DNA from: Candidatus Komeilibacteria bacterium RIFCSPHIGHO2_01_FULL_52_14 | Lineage (GTDB): Bacteria > Patescibacteriota > Patescibacteriia > UBA1558 > 2-01-FULL-52-15 | DNA: 40,569 nt | Direction: 5' to 3' | Assembly: GCA_001818365.1 (NCBI GenBank) | Contig: MHKK01000022.1 | Coordinates: forward strand, 5,636 to 46,204 | Shown: positions 9,200-17,907 of the stretch, piece after piece | Layout: each line of letters starts with the position of its first letter | Position numbering within the stretch: the stretch's first letter is position 1 | Notes under the pieces: model-generated | Databases searched by the model: none | The model's input: the letters and a program-made list of their open reading frames with translations, nothing else | Told to the model about the DNA's origin: nothing | Position numbers and translations under genes: made by a program

Positions 9200-9406
9200 G
9201 AAAGTTGTCGTGAGTACGGTGTTACACGAGCGATCTCCTTTTCATTGGTTGTTGGTGCACGACGAAGTTCTTCGTTGAATCGATAGCGAGCCCTGAGGCA
9301 TCGCGCTGTAGCTTCGAGGAGTGCATCCGCTTAACCGCCCCGCATAGGAGGAGGTTGGTACCATTTCGCTGCAAGTTCCAGAAAACACTGTCATTTGTAG
9401 CGAATG
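9165..9406 (-). ncRNA. Candidate ~240-nt structured ncRNA of unknown family
   Basis: Bounded by a strong promoter (9411-9439) and a terminator (9174-9199); 5' hairpin CATTCGCTACAA/TTGCAGCGAAATG; TGCAC..CGAAG/CTTCG..GTGCA stem; only weak Ser-rich ORFs. Confidence 0.45.
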
Positions 9407-9410
9407 TGCA

Positions 9411-9439
9411 ATAATAGCATATTGCTTTTTATTTGTCAA
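9411..9439 (-). promoter_or_regulatory. Sigma70-type promoter, minus strand
   Basis: TTGACA (9439-9434), 17-nt spacer ending TGC, TATTAT (9416-9411). Confidence 0.7.
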
Positions 9440-9533
9440 TATTCATATTTTGCTAATATTAAGGGAAAAATTGTGCCTTTTTTATATATTCAGCCAAATG
9501 CGATGAAAGTGCATCCTTTTCAACCGTTGTTTC

Positions 9534-9561
9534 TTGACACGGAAAGATAAAACTGTATAAT
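9534..9561 (+). promoter_or_regulatory. Sigma70 promoter of the infA-rpoA-rpsI operon
   Basis: Consensus TTGACA (9534-9539), 16-nt spacer, TATAAT (9556-9561). Confidence 0.8.
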
Positions 9562-9623
9562 TATGGCCAGTTTATTATGCCGAAAGCTCATAGCTTTGCG
9601 GCTTTCATGTCTAAAAGCACTGA

Positions 9624-9857
9624 ATGGCAGTACAGCCAGAAGATCAGTCAAAGGGGTTTATTGAGATGGAAGGTGTTGTCGCGGAGCTTTTGCCGAGCGC
9701 AACATTCCGTGTCACCCTCGACAACGGTCACGAGATACTCGCACATCTGTCCGGGAAGATGCGATTGAACCGCATCCGTTTGTTACCCGGCGATCATGTG
9801 CGTCTTGAGATCAGTCCGTACGATTTAACGAAAGGCAGAATAGTGTATCGCAGATAA
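9624..9857 (+). CDS. infA: Translation initiation factor IF-1
   Basis: [35 protein letters not shown]...[12 protein letters not shown]. Confidence 0.97.
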   Translation: MAVQPEDQSKGFIEMEGVVAELLPSATFRVTLDNGHEILAHLSGKMRLNRIRLLPGDHVRLEISPYDLTKGRIVYRR

Positions 9858-9859
9858 CC

Positions 9860-9973
9860 ATGAAGGTTCGTGCATCGGTCAAAAAGATATGCGCAAAATG
9901 TCAGATCGTCCGGAGAAAGGGACGAGTTGTTAATATCTGCGAGAATCCCAAACACAAACAGCGTCAAGGATAG
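9860..9973 (+). CDS. rpmJ: 50S ribosomal protein L36, Zn-ribbon (C+) form; missing from the supplied ORF track
   Basis: Manual translation: [37 protein letters not shown] (37 aa). Confidence 0.97.
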   Translation: MKVRASVKKICAKCQIVRRKGRVVNICENPKHKQRQG

Positions 9974-9974
9974 A

Positions 9975-10046
9975 TAACTGTTAACCATTTGCCGTTAACA
10001 GTTACAAAAATCGTTACATGTTAAAAGTTAATAGCTAAGAGTTAAG
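9975..10046. repeat. Heptamer-periodic repeat with inverted arm
   Basis: TAACTGTTAAC/GTTAACAGTTA hairpin (9975-10004), then GTTACAT GTTAAAA GTTAATA GCTAAGA GTTAAG. Confidence 0.65.
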
Positions 10047-10436
10047 ATGGCACGCATTGCAGGAGTAAATATTCCGTCAGAAAAGCGCGTTGAGATCGCG
10101 CTCACATATATTTTTGGCATCGGCCTACCGACGTCGAAGAAAATTCTTGTCCAGCTTTCCATCAATCCGGATACGCGCGTCAAGGATCTCACCGATGACG
10201 ACGTCAACCGTCTGCGACGAATCATCGAAGATACGTTTAAGGTTGAGGGAGATCTGCGACGCGAGGTCCTGACCAATATCAAACGGCTGAAGGAGATTAA
10301 CTGTTATCGTGGTACCCGACATGCCAAGCATCTGCCGGCGCGAGGCCAGCGAACAAAGACGAATACACGAACGGTTCGTGGCAACGTCCGTAAGACCATG
10401 GGCAGCGGTCGTAAATCGGCGGCACAAAAGACATAA
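10047..10436 (+). CDS. rpsM: 30S ribosomal protein S13
   Basis: [36 protein letters not shown]. Confidence 0.98.
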   Translation: MARIAGVNIPSEKRVEIALTYIFGIGLPTSKKILVQLSINPDTRVKDLTDDDVNRLRRIIEDTFKVEGDLRREVLTNIKRLKEINCYRGTRHAKHLPARGQRTKTNTRTVRGNVRKTMGSGRKSAAQKT

Positions 10437-10437
10437 T

Positions 10438-10869
10438 ATGGCATCCGAAGAACAGGCAAAAAAGCCGACTACCGAAGGCGCGGCTGAACCCAAGGCAAAG
10501 GTCCGCAAAAAAAAGAAGCGGATCGTACCCCGTGGCTGCGCATACGTTCAGGCGACGTATAATAATACGATCGTCACGCTCACCGATCTTGAGGGCAATG
10601 TTTTGTCATGGTCGTCAGCCGGAAGAAATGGATTCCGCGGACCGAAAAAAGCGACTCCCTACGCAGCGGGCATTATCTCCCGCACGGCCGTTGAACGGGC
10701 GCGAGAATACGGGCTCCGGGAAGTCGACGTATTCGTCAAAGGCGTCGGATCCGGTCGCGAGGCGGCGGTGCGAGGGCTGCACGGTAACGGCCTCGAAGTC
10801 CTTTCAATAAAGGATGTTACGCCGATCCCGCACAACGGACCGCGTTCTAAGAAACCACGTCGCGTATAA
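10438..10869 (+). CDS. rpsK: 30S ribosomal protein S11
   Basis: ATYNNTIVTLTD..KKATPYAA..KGVGSGRE..DVTPIPHNG; ATG at 10438. Confidence 0.97.
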   Translation: MASEEQAKKPTTEGAAEPKAKVRKKKKRIVPRGCAYVQATYNNTIVTLTDLEGNVLSWSSAGRNGFRGPKKATPYAAGIISRTAVERAREYGLREVDVFVKGVGSGREAAVRGLHGNGLEVLSIKDVTPIPHNGPRSKKPRRV

Positions 10870-10876
10870 ATTAAAA

Positions 10877-10941
10877 TAATGAATGATGAATAAGGAAAGA
10901 GGAAGGAAACTCTTAATTCATAATTCCTAATTCTTCATTCA
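10877..10941. repeat. Inverted heptamer arrays
   Basis: TAATGAA TGATGAA TAAGGAA AGAGGAA ... TAATTCA TAATTCC TAATTCT TCATTCA. Confidence 0.7.
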
Positions 10942-10948
10942 CTACACT

Positions 10949-11563
10949 ATGGCACGCAAGATCGGACCAAAGCATAAACTCTGCAGAACGCTCGGCGTCA
11001 AGCTGTGCGACAGTTTTAAATGTCCCGTGACAAAGCGGAACTATCCGCCGGGGCAGCATGGTCCGCGCAAAATGCGAACAAAACTTTCGAACTACGGAAA
11101 ACAGCAGCGCGAAAAGCAGAAGGCAAAATTTATCTACGGTTTGCTGGAGCGGCAGTTTCACACCACGTTCGAACGCGCCCGAAGATTGCCCGGAAGCACC
11201 GGCACGAACCTTTTGGTCTTGCTCGAAAAGCGTCTCGATAACGTCGTGTATCGATCGGGTTTGGCGACGACCAAGCAGGCCGCGCGTCAGCTCGTCAATC
11301 ACGGACACTTTGCCGTCAACGGAAAGAACCTGGACATCCCGTCCTATACGGTTCGCGTTGGCGATACGATTGCGGTTAAGGAGACAAAGCGGAACTCCGG
11401 TTACTGGAAGAGCGTACTCGAGAATACGAAGAAGACGGAGATCCCGGGCTGGCTGACCGTTGACCCGAAGGCGCTGTCGATCAGAATCGTTTCCGAGCCG
11501 AAACCGGAAGAGCTGCCTCAGAATATCGAATTGAGTTTGATCGTTGAATTTTACTCGCGTTAA
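10949..11563 (+). CDS. rpsD: 30S ribosomal protein S4
   Basis: PPGQHG, EKQKAKFIYG, LEKRLDNVVYR, ARQLVNHGHF, LIVEFYSR. Confidence 0.98.
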   Translation: MARKIGPKHKLCRTLGVKLCDSFKCPVTKRNYPPGQHGPRKMRTKLSNYGKQQREKQKAKFIYGLLERQFHTTFERARRLPGSTGTNLLVLLEKRLDNVVYRSGLATTKQAARQLVNHGHFAVNGKNLDIPSYTVRVGDTIAVKETKRNSGYWKSVLENTKKTEIPGWLTVDPKALSIRIVSEPKPEELPQNIELSLIVEFYSR

Positions 11564-11589
11564 TTTTAATTTTTTAAAACAAATCTCGT

Positions 11590-12375
11590 ATGGCCAGTAT
11601 CTCTGTACCGTCGAACATTACGTATCGTGAAATCAAGGCGAATCTGACCGAGGTCACGATAGAGCCGTGCTATCCGGGGTACGGGACGACAATCGGCAAC
11701 GGGCTACGCCGCGTTCTTCTCTCGTCACTTGCGGGGAGCGCCGTGTCCGCGGTAAAGATCGAGGGTATCCAGCACGAGTACGACACGATCGAGAACATGA
11801 AGGAAGATATCGTGGAGATAATGATGAACCTCAAGAAGCTTCGTGTTGTATCGCACTCAGACGAACCGGTTGTTTTGGAACTTCACGCGAAAGGCGAAAA
11901 GGAAGTGACCGCGGGCGATATCAAGAAGAATTCCGACGTTGACGTCGTCAACAAAGATCTCGTCATCGCAACGCTCACCGACAAGAAAGCTGAACTGAAT
12001 ATGGAGATCACGGTCAAAAAGGGTATCGGGTATGAGCCGATCGAGGAGCGTACGGTGGATAAAAAAGAGATCGGTCTGATGCAGATCGATTCCATTTTCA
12101 GCCCCATCCAGAATGTCGGGTTTAACATCGAGAGTGTCCGCGTCGGACAGCGTACCGATTATGAGAAGATCGTCCTGACGATCACGACCGACGGGTCCAT
12201 GACCGCCGAGGCAGCGGTTGCAGCCGCCGTCGTGATTTTGCAGGATCAATTTGCAGCCATCACCACGGCAGAGGTGAATAAAGAGAGTGCCAAAGAGAGC
12301 AAGAAAAAGGCAAAAGCGGCAGCGGCTGAAGCCGCGGAGAAGGCGGAAGAAGCATCCGAAGCCGCACAGGCATAA
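11590..12375 (+). CDS. rpoA: RNA polymerase alpha subunit lacking the C-terminal domain
   Basis: IEPCYPGYGTTIGNGLRRVLLSSL, IDSIFSPI, RVGQRTDYEK; ends in an A/E/K-rich tail; 261 aa. Confidence 0.95.
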   Translation: MASISVPSNITYREIKANLTEVTIEPCYPGYGTTIGNGLRRVLLSSLAGSAVSAVKIEGIQHEYDTIENMKEDIVEIMMNLKKLRVVSHSDEPVVLELHAKGEKEVTAGDIKKNSDVDVVNKDLVIATLTDKKAELNMEITVKKGIGYEPIEERTVDKKEIGLMQIDSIFSPIQNVGFNIESVRVGQRTDYEKIVLTITTDGSMTAEAAVAAAVVILQDQFAAITTAEVNKESAKESKKKAKAAAAEAAEKAEEASEAAQA

Positions 12376-12387
12376 TCGATTCATCGC

Positions 12388-12738
12388 ATGCGTCATCGAA
12401 AAAAAAGAGTAAAGCTGGGACGGGAATCGGGACCGCGGAGAGCGCTGCTCAAGAATCTGGCGACGCAGGTTATTTTGTATGAAAAAGTACGGACGACGCA
12501 GGCAAAGGCAAAAGCAATACGACCGATCGTCGAAAAAATTATTACCCGGGGCAAGGTGAAAAGCGTGCACACCAAACGCATGATCGGCCGGTATATCCGT
12601 CAGCCAAAAGCAGTCATGAAGGTTTTGGATGTCTTGGGCCCGCGCTATAAGGATCGAAAAGGCGGATACACGCGCATCATCAAAATGGGGCAGCGGGCGG
12701 GCGACGGAGCACCGATGGTTTCCATAGAATTTGTATAA
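12388..12738 (+). CDS. rplQ: 50S ribosomal protein L17
   Basis: MRHRK..KLGR..TTQAKAK..GGYTRIIK..RAGDGA. Confidence 0.98.
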   Translation: MRHRKKRVKLGRESGPRRALLKNLATQVILYEKVRTTQAKAKAIRPIVEKIITRGKVKSVHTKRMIGRYIRQPKAVMKVLDVLGPRYKDRKGGYTRIIKMGQRAGDGAPMVSIEFV

Positions 12739-12739
12739 T

Positions 12740-13099
12740 ATGCAGAGAAACACACATACCCTTGATGCAAGCGGTAAGATCGCAGGGCGGTTTGCCAGCA
12801 GCATTGCCGTGCTTTTGCAGGGTAAGCATAAACCCAGCTATCAGGCGCACACCGATTGCGGCGATCTCGTGGAAGTTTCCAACGTCGGAAAGATGGCCTT
12901 TTCGGGCCGCAAGCTGACGCGGAAATTTTATCACCGTTTTACCGGATACCCGGGCGGTATCAGGAGCGTTCGGCTCGACGAGCTGTTCCAGAAGAAACCG
13001 GATCTGCTTCTCAAAAAAATGGTTTTCAATATGCTGCCCAAGAATAAGCTTCGGGCAAAGATGCTGAAGCGTTTACGCTTTGTACAGGATAAAAAGTAA
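12740..13099 (+). CDS. rplM: 50S ribosomal protein L13 (short, 119 aa)
   Basis: LDASGKIAGR, GKHKP, DCGD, TGYPGG, MLPKNKLR; ATG at 12740. Confidence 0.95.
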   Translation: MQRNTHTLDASGKIAGRFASSIAVLLQGKHKPSYQAHTDCGDLVEVSNVGKMAFSGRKLTRKFYHRFTGYPGGIRSVRLDELFQKKPDLLLKKMVFNMLPKNKLRAKMLKRLRFVQDKK

Positions 13100-13102
13100 G
13101 TT

Positions 13103-13507
13103 ATGGTCAAAAAACACGATTATATATCGGCAGTCGGTCGCCGCAAATCGGCGATAGCGCGTGTGCGGCTTTCAGCGAAGGAAGCGGACGGGCTTAAAAT
13201 TACTGTCAACGGGCGCGACATGAAGGATTTTTTCATGTATCAGGAATGGCAGAACGTGGTGACAAGCCCCTTGACGCTGACCGGAAATCTGAAGCGGGAG
13301 GTATCGGTGCTGGTGCGGGGCGGAGGAACCAACGGACAAGCGGAAGCGATCCGTCACGGTATTTCACGCGCACTCGTTTCGCTCGACGAGACGTTAAAGG
13401 CAACTCTTCGTAAGGCGGGTTATTTGACTCGCGATCCTCGCGCAAAGGAACGGAAGAAGCCTGGGCTCAAGCGCGCGCGCAGAGCCCCGCAGTGGAGCAA
13501 GCGGTAA
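13103..13507 (+). CDS. rpsI: 30S ribosomal protein S9
   Basis: [49 protein letters not shown]. Confidence 0.98.
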   Translation: MVKKHDYISAVGRRKSAIARVRLSAKEADGLKITVNGRDMKDFFMYQEWQNVVTSPLTLTGNLKREVSVLVRGGGTNGQAEAIRHGISRALVSLDETLKATLRKAGYLTRDPRAKERKKPGLKRARRAPQWSKR

Positions 13508-13516
13508 CGCTTGCGA

Positions 13517-13594
13517 CACCCTGAGCGAGCGAAGCGAGCCGAAGGGTGGTCGAAGCGCTAGCGTAGACCCGCCGAAGCTTTACGCGAAGGCGGG
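13517..13594. repeat. Three abutting REP-like hairpins after rpsI
   Basis: CACCCTGAGCGAGCGAAGCGAGCCGAAGGGTG, GGTCGAAGCGCTAGCGTAGACC, CCCGCCGAAGCTTTACGCGAAGGCGGG. Confidence 0.75.
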
Positions 13595-13664
13595 AGTAGC
13601 GTTAGTTTTAGAGTGAGGTCTTGCGGCGAACACCAAACCGTTCTTTACATTAGGGAGCGTGCTT

Positions 13665-13952
13665 ATGCGTTTTCAGGTGATCGACTACGACGCGGAGGCC
13701 AGTGCATTCTTCGGTCCGATCACGTTCAGCATTATGTTGCTCGTGGGAAAGATATTGCTCGGCTGCATCGATGTTTGGAAGTTCGACTACACAGTGCGAC
13801 AGGCTGTCGTCGAGTTCATCTGGTTCGCGGGGATTCTATTTTCGCTCATCGCACTTACGGCGATACTGCGCTTTCTATACCTCGTCGCTGTCAAGGCGCC
13901 TCGTCTCCGGAAGGAAATTATGAGGGCTGAGTCCTCACGCGCGGACATGTAA
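13665..13952 (+). CDS. Small two-TM hypothetical protein (SD-led ORFan)
   Basis: AGGGAG 7 nt before ATG 13665; two hydrophobic segments; terminator downstream. Confidence 0.65.
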   Translation: MRFQVIDYDAEASAFFGPITFSIMLLVGKILLGCIDVWKFDYTVRQAVVEFIWFAGILFSLIALTAILRFLYLVAVKAPRLRKEIMRAESSRADM

Positions 13953-13982
13953 ACAGCTTGGGGTTTCACGCCCCGATCCTTA

Positions 13983-14019
13983 AGACGCCATCGGGCATCG
14001 ACCGACGGCGTTTTACTTT
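13983..14019 (+). terminator. Intrinsic terminator
   Basis: AGACGCC-A-TCGG/CCGA-C-GGCGTTT stem followed by TACTTT. Confidence 0.6.
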
Positions 14020-14022
14020 ATG

Positions 14023-14080
14023 TAGAATTTAGAAGTTTGAATTTAGAATGGCATTCCAGATTCTAAATTCCAGATTCTGT
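14023..14080. repeat. Inverted heptamer arrays
   Basis: TAGAATT TAGAAGT TTGAATT TAGAATG ... ATTCCAG ATTCTAA ATTCCAG ATTCTGT. Confidence 0.7.
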
Positions 14081-14120
14081 CTTCTTTTTTGTATCCAGCG
14101 CGCATGTTATACTTATATAA

Positions 14121-15560
14121 ATGACGCTTACGGGGAGCACTATTGCGAGAAACACCTTGTTTTACAGCGCAGCGCTGACGGTGCAAAAGCTGCTCTCTTT
14201 TTTTTATTTTTCGTTCCTGGCTCGCTCTCTGGGTAGTGTTACTACCGGTAAATACTTTTTCGCGCTTTCCGTTGGCGGTATCGTTGCGGGCATCATAGAC
14301 GTCGGCTTGACGCCGGTCCTTGTCAGGGAAACCGCAAAGGACACGCAGCAGGCATCACGGCTCGTAAGCACGATCATCACTTTCAAACTCATACTCGTTT
14401 CGATGCTGACAGTCCTTGCCGTACTTTTTGTCCATCGCTTGTTTCCCGATCCGGTGACGCGTCAGCTTGTTGTCGCGGCGCTTATCATAGCGGTGTTTGA
14501 CAGCTTTGCCATGACTTTTTTTGCGACGATCCGCGCGCATCAAAATCTTTTGTACGAGAGCATCTCGGCCATTCTTTTCTATTGCATCGTGATCGCGCTG
14601 GGAACGTACGCGATTATCCAGCGATATGACGTCCGGGTTATCATTCTTGCCCTGCTTGCCGCGAGCTTCTGGAACATGCTTTTCGGTTATCTGATGCTGA
14701 CGAAAAAGATAGGAACCCGTGTTCGTGTCTTTTGGGAAAGTGTTTCGGCCAAGAGCATCGCCTACGCCGCAATCCCGTTTGCGATCGCTGCCGCGTTCAT
14801 TAAGGTGTATGCGTACCTCGATACGGTCATGCTCAAATATTTTGTCGGAGATGCGGCGGTCGGTATCTACAGCGTACCGTACAAGATTACGTTCGCGTTT
14901 CAATTTATTCCGATGGCGCTTGTCGCGGCGCTGTATCCCGCATTTTCGTATTACTGGAAGCATAACGCGGAGGAGCTGGGCAGAAGTTTCGCCAAATCGT
15001 TCCGGTATTTGCTTATCGTGTCGTTACCGATAGCGGGCGGGTTGTTCGCGGTTGCACCGGCTCTCATTCCCTTCGTGTACTCCGATGCCTATACGTATTC
15101 CATCGCGCCGCTTATGATTCTTCTCGTTTCGTTGCCGTTCCTGTTTATAAATTTTCCCATCGGGTCGCTTCTGAATGCATGCAATCGCCAAACGCGGCAA
15201 ACGATACATTTGGGAGTGACCATGCTTTGTAACGCGGCGCTTAATTACGTGCTTATTCCGCGCTACGGGGTCATCGGTGCCGCGGTTGCATCGACGGTAA
15301 GCACCATTTTCATATTTTTTCTCGGAATGTTCGTTGTCGCAAAACTCGTGCGCGTCGAATGGTCATCCGTTCTGCGTTTTTCCGCGGGCGCGATCGCCGT
15401 AACGCTCGCCATGGTTGCGAGCGTATTCTTTTTTTCCACTATCATGCCGTGGTTTTTGGCGGTCGTACCGGCGGCGATTGTGTATTGCGTAGGATTGTAT
15501 ATACTGCGGGTAGTTACGAAGAATGATGTTGTGGAATTCATGCAACTATTTAAACGATGA
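14121..15560 (+). CDS. Wzx/RfbX-type polysaccharide flippase (MOP superfamily)
   Basis: Highly hydrophobic multi-pass protein; IARNT N-terminus, DVGL..LVRE, LDTVML..VGIYS, LIPRYGVIGAAVA; first gene of the GT cluster. Confidence 0.9.
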   Translation: MTLTGSTIARNTLFYSAALTVQKLLSFFYFSFLARSLGSVTTGKYFFALSVGGIVAGIIDVGLTPVLVRETAKDTQQASRLVSTIITFKLILVSMLTVLAVLFVHRLFPDPVTRQLVVAALIIAVFDSFAMTFFATIRAHQNLLYESISAILFYCIVIALGTYAIIQRYDVRVIILALLAASFWNMLFGYLMLTKKIGTRVRVFWESVSAKSIAYAAIPFAIAAAFIKVYAYLDTVMLKYFVGDAAVGIYSVPYKITFAFQFIPMALVAALYPAFSYYWKHNAEELGRSFAKSFRYLLIVSLPIAGGLFAVAPALIPFVYSDAYTYSIAPLMILLVSLPFLFINFPIGSLLNACNRQTRQTIHLGVTMLCNAALNYVLIPRYGVIGAAVASTVSTIFIFFLGMFVVAKLVRVEWSSVLRFSAGAIAVTLAMVASVFFFSTIMPWFLAVVPAAIVYCVGLYILRVVTKNDVVEFMQLFKR

Positions 15561-15626
15561 ATCTCTCTCGACAAATTCAACTCATATTCAATTGCTTACG
15601 TACAACCTACTATTTTGTCTAACGGG

Positions 15627-16721
15627 ATGAAAAAAACACTTCTCTTAACACATGAGTATTATCCCTACCGCGGCGGTATCGCGCAGTACTGCTATCAGAT
15701 ATTCAGGCGCCTGCCGGCGGACCGGTATGTGGTGCTCACCGATCAGCGCGACGTCGCCCGAAAGCAGCCGGTCATCGTAAAGTCGCTGATCTCGTCGTTC
15801 GTGCGCCCGAGCTGGCTGAAGGGAATTCGCGTTGTCCAGCGGATCGTAAAAAAAGAGGGCATCGAAGTCATCGTGACGCCGCACCTGTTGCCGCTGGGGA
15901 ATATCGCACTGGCAATGCGCCGGCTGCACAAGATCCCGTATATCGTTTCCTTGCATGGGCTTGACGTCAATCTCGCACTCGAGAAAAAAAGGCACCAGGC
16001 CGTCGGTATCCTCACGGCGGCGCAACACGTGATCGCGAATAGCCAGGCCACGCTGTCGGCGGTCCGCGCCGCGTGCGGCGAGATCCCGGCGACCGTCATA
16101 ACGCCCTCCTATGATGCGGAGAAGCTGATAGTTCATGAGCCGTCACGGCAGATGCTCTTGCGTCGCTATGAGGGCCGGCCGGTCATTTTGACCGTGGGAC
16201 GTTTGGTGCGTCGTAAGGGGCAGGATACGGTGATCCGGGCCATGCCGCAGATAGTTCGCAACGTCCCTGATGCGCAGTACGTGATCGTCGGAAATGGTCC
16301 CGATTACGCTTATTTTTCCCAGTTGATTACCGAGCTGCGGTTACGCAGGTTCGTGGACATCGTTACCGACGTTTCCGATACCTCGCTTGGTGCTTATTAT
16401 TCGATAGCATCGATTTTTGCGATGCCCACGCGAGCCATCGGCCCCGACGTGGAAGGATTCGGTATCGTGTATCTTGAAGCGGCGCATTTCAAGCTCCCCA
16501 TTGTTGCAGGCAAGGGCGGAGGAGCGGAGGAAGCGCTGGGCGGTGACAAGAACGGCATCCTGCTTTCGGGAGAAAGCGCCGACGAGGTTGCCGACGCTAT
16601 CGTGAATTTATTGCATGATCGTGAGCTTTCGGCATATCTCGGCTCGCAAGCCCAGAGTCGCCTTGCATCGCTTCCGACATGGGATGACCAGGCACAGCGG
16701 TTCTCCGCTTTGTTAAAATGA
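15627..16721 (+). CDS. Glycosyltransferase family 4 (PimB-like)
   Basis: GGIAQY, LHGLD, LTVGRLVRRKG, EGFGIVYLEA (EX7E motif). Confidence 0.92.
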   Translation: MKKTLLLTHEYYPYRGGIAQYCYQIFRRLPADRYVVLTDQRDVARKQPVIVKSLISSFVRPSWLKGIRVVQRIVKKEGIEVIVTPHLLPLGNIALAMRRLHKIPYIVSLHGLDVNLALEKKRHQAVGILTAAQHVIANSQATLSAVRAACGEIPATVITPSYDAEKLIVHEPSRQMLLRRYEGRPVILTVGRLVRRKGQDTVIRAMPQIVRNVPDAQYVIVGNGPDYAYFSQLITELRLRRFVDIVTDVSDTSLGAYYSIASIFAMPTRAIGPDVEGFGIVYLEAAHFKLPIVAGKGGGAEEALGGDKNGILLSGESADEVADAIVNLLHDRELSAYLGSQAQSRLASLPTWDDQAQRFSALLK

Positions 16722-16739
16722 TTCGACGCAGAAGCACGT

Positions 16740-17906
16740 ATGAAGACATTTGATGTCATTATGGTTAACATGTCCTCGTATGCCGAATGGCAGCGCGGGA
16801 CCAGCAATCGGAACTATCATGTGCTTCGCGAGCTTGCCCATGACAGTCGCGTTGGAAAAATTCTGGCCGTCGATTACCCTCCCCTCACGATAAAGCGCGG
16901 GATACGGAATTATATGGAAAATATTTTTCCCACTCTTTCGGGCGGATCGGTTCTCACGTTCGGCGCCGCCGACAAACTGACGAAACTGGGCGACAAGTTG
17001 TTCGTGTATACGAACAGCGCCTTTTTTCTTTCTCCGGATCGCTTTATCAAACGACTGAAAGCCATGGCGCATATCTGCGGACTCTCGGATTACCTTCTCT
17101 GGTCTTTTTTCCCGCCGGTCATGGAGTACACGCAGACCCTCGGTCAGAAGCTGACGGTCTTCGACGCCGTGGACAACTGGATCGAGCACCCCTCGTACGT
17201 CAAGTTTAAGGAGCGTTTGAAGCGCAATTATCAGTACGTTAAGCAGCACAGCGACGTTATTTTTACCGTCGCGCAGGATTTGATGCGTTTGTTCGACAAT
17301 CAGCCCAACGTGTACTGGATACCGAACGGCGTCGAGCTTTCGCACTATCAGAGCAAGCACATTCTGATCAATCGTGACATCGCGAATATTCCCAAACCGA
17401 TTGTCGGGTACATCGGCGTCATACAGGAACGCGTCGACACGGAGCTCATCGTACAGCTTGCCTCAAAGAACCCCACGAAGTCATTCGTGCTCGTCGGCCC
17501 GGTCTGGCGGGAGGAAGACAAAAAGACGCTGGCGCGCGCTTCGAACATTTTCTTGCTCGGCTACAAGAGCTACGATGAAGCCCCCGCGTACATACAGCAG
17601 TTCGATGTCGCAATGATTCCGCACCGGCGCTCGACGTTCATCGAATCGACGAATCCCATGAAGATGTACGAATACCTGGCATGCGGCAAACCCGTCGTGG
17701 CAACACGCGAATCCGGAGCCGCGCTGTTCAACGAGTTCGTGTATCTCGCGGACGATGCCGAGGATTTTAACCGTAAACTCTACCACGCGTTACAGGAGGA
17801 TTCGCCTGAAAAACAAAAAGCACGCAGGGCCGCGGTTGAAGAGCACTCGTGGCAGAATGTCGTGAAACAGATGCTCGACATTATCGAGAAAAAAATGGGG
17901 TATTAA
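16740..17906 (+). CDS. Glycosyltransferase, GT-B fold (TuaH-like)
   Basis: FDAVD, IPNGV, PIVGYIG, NPMKMYEYLACGKPVV. Confidence 0.9.
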   Translation: MKTFDVIMVNMSSYAEWQRGTSNRNYHVLRELAHDSRVGKILAVDYPPLTIKRGIRNYMENIFPTLSGGSVLTFGAADKLTKLGDKLFVYTNSAFFLSPDRFIKRLKAMAHICGLSDYLLWSFFPPVMEYTQTLGQKLTVFDAVDNWIEHPSYVKFKERLKRNYQYVKQHSDVIFTVAQDLMRLFDNQPNVYWIPNGVELSHYQSKHILINRDIANIPKPIVGYIGVIQERVDTELIVQLASKNPTKSFVLVGPVWREEDKKTLARASNIFLLGYKSYDEAPAYIQQFDVAMIPHRRSTFIESTNPMKMYEYLACGKPVVATRESGAALFNEFVYLADDAEDFNRKLYHALQEDSPEKQKARRAAVEEHSWQNVVKQMLDIIEKKMGY

Positions 17907-17907
17907 C

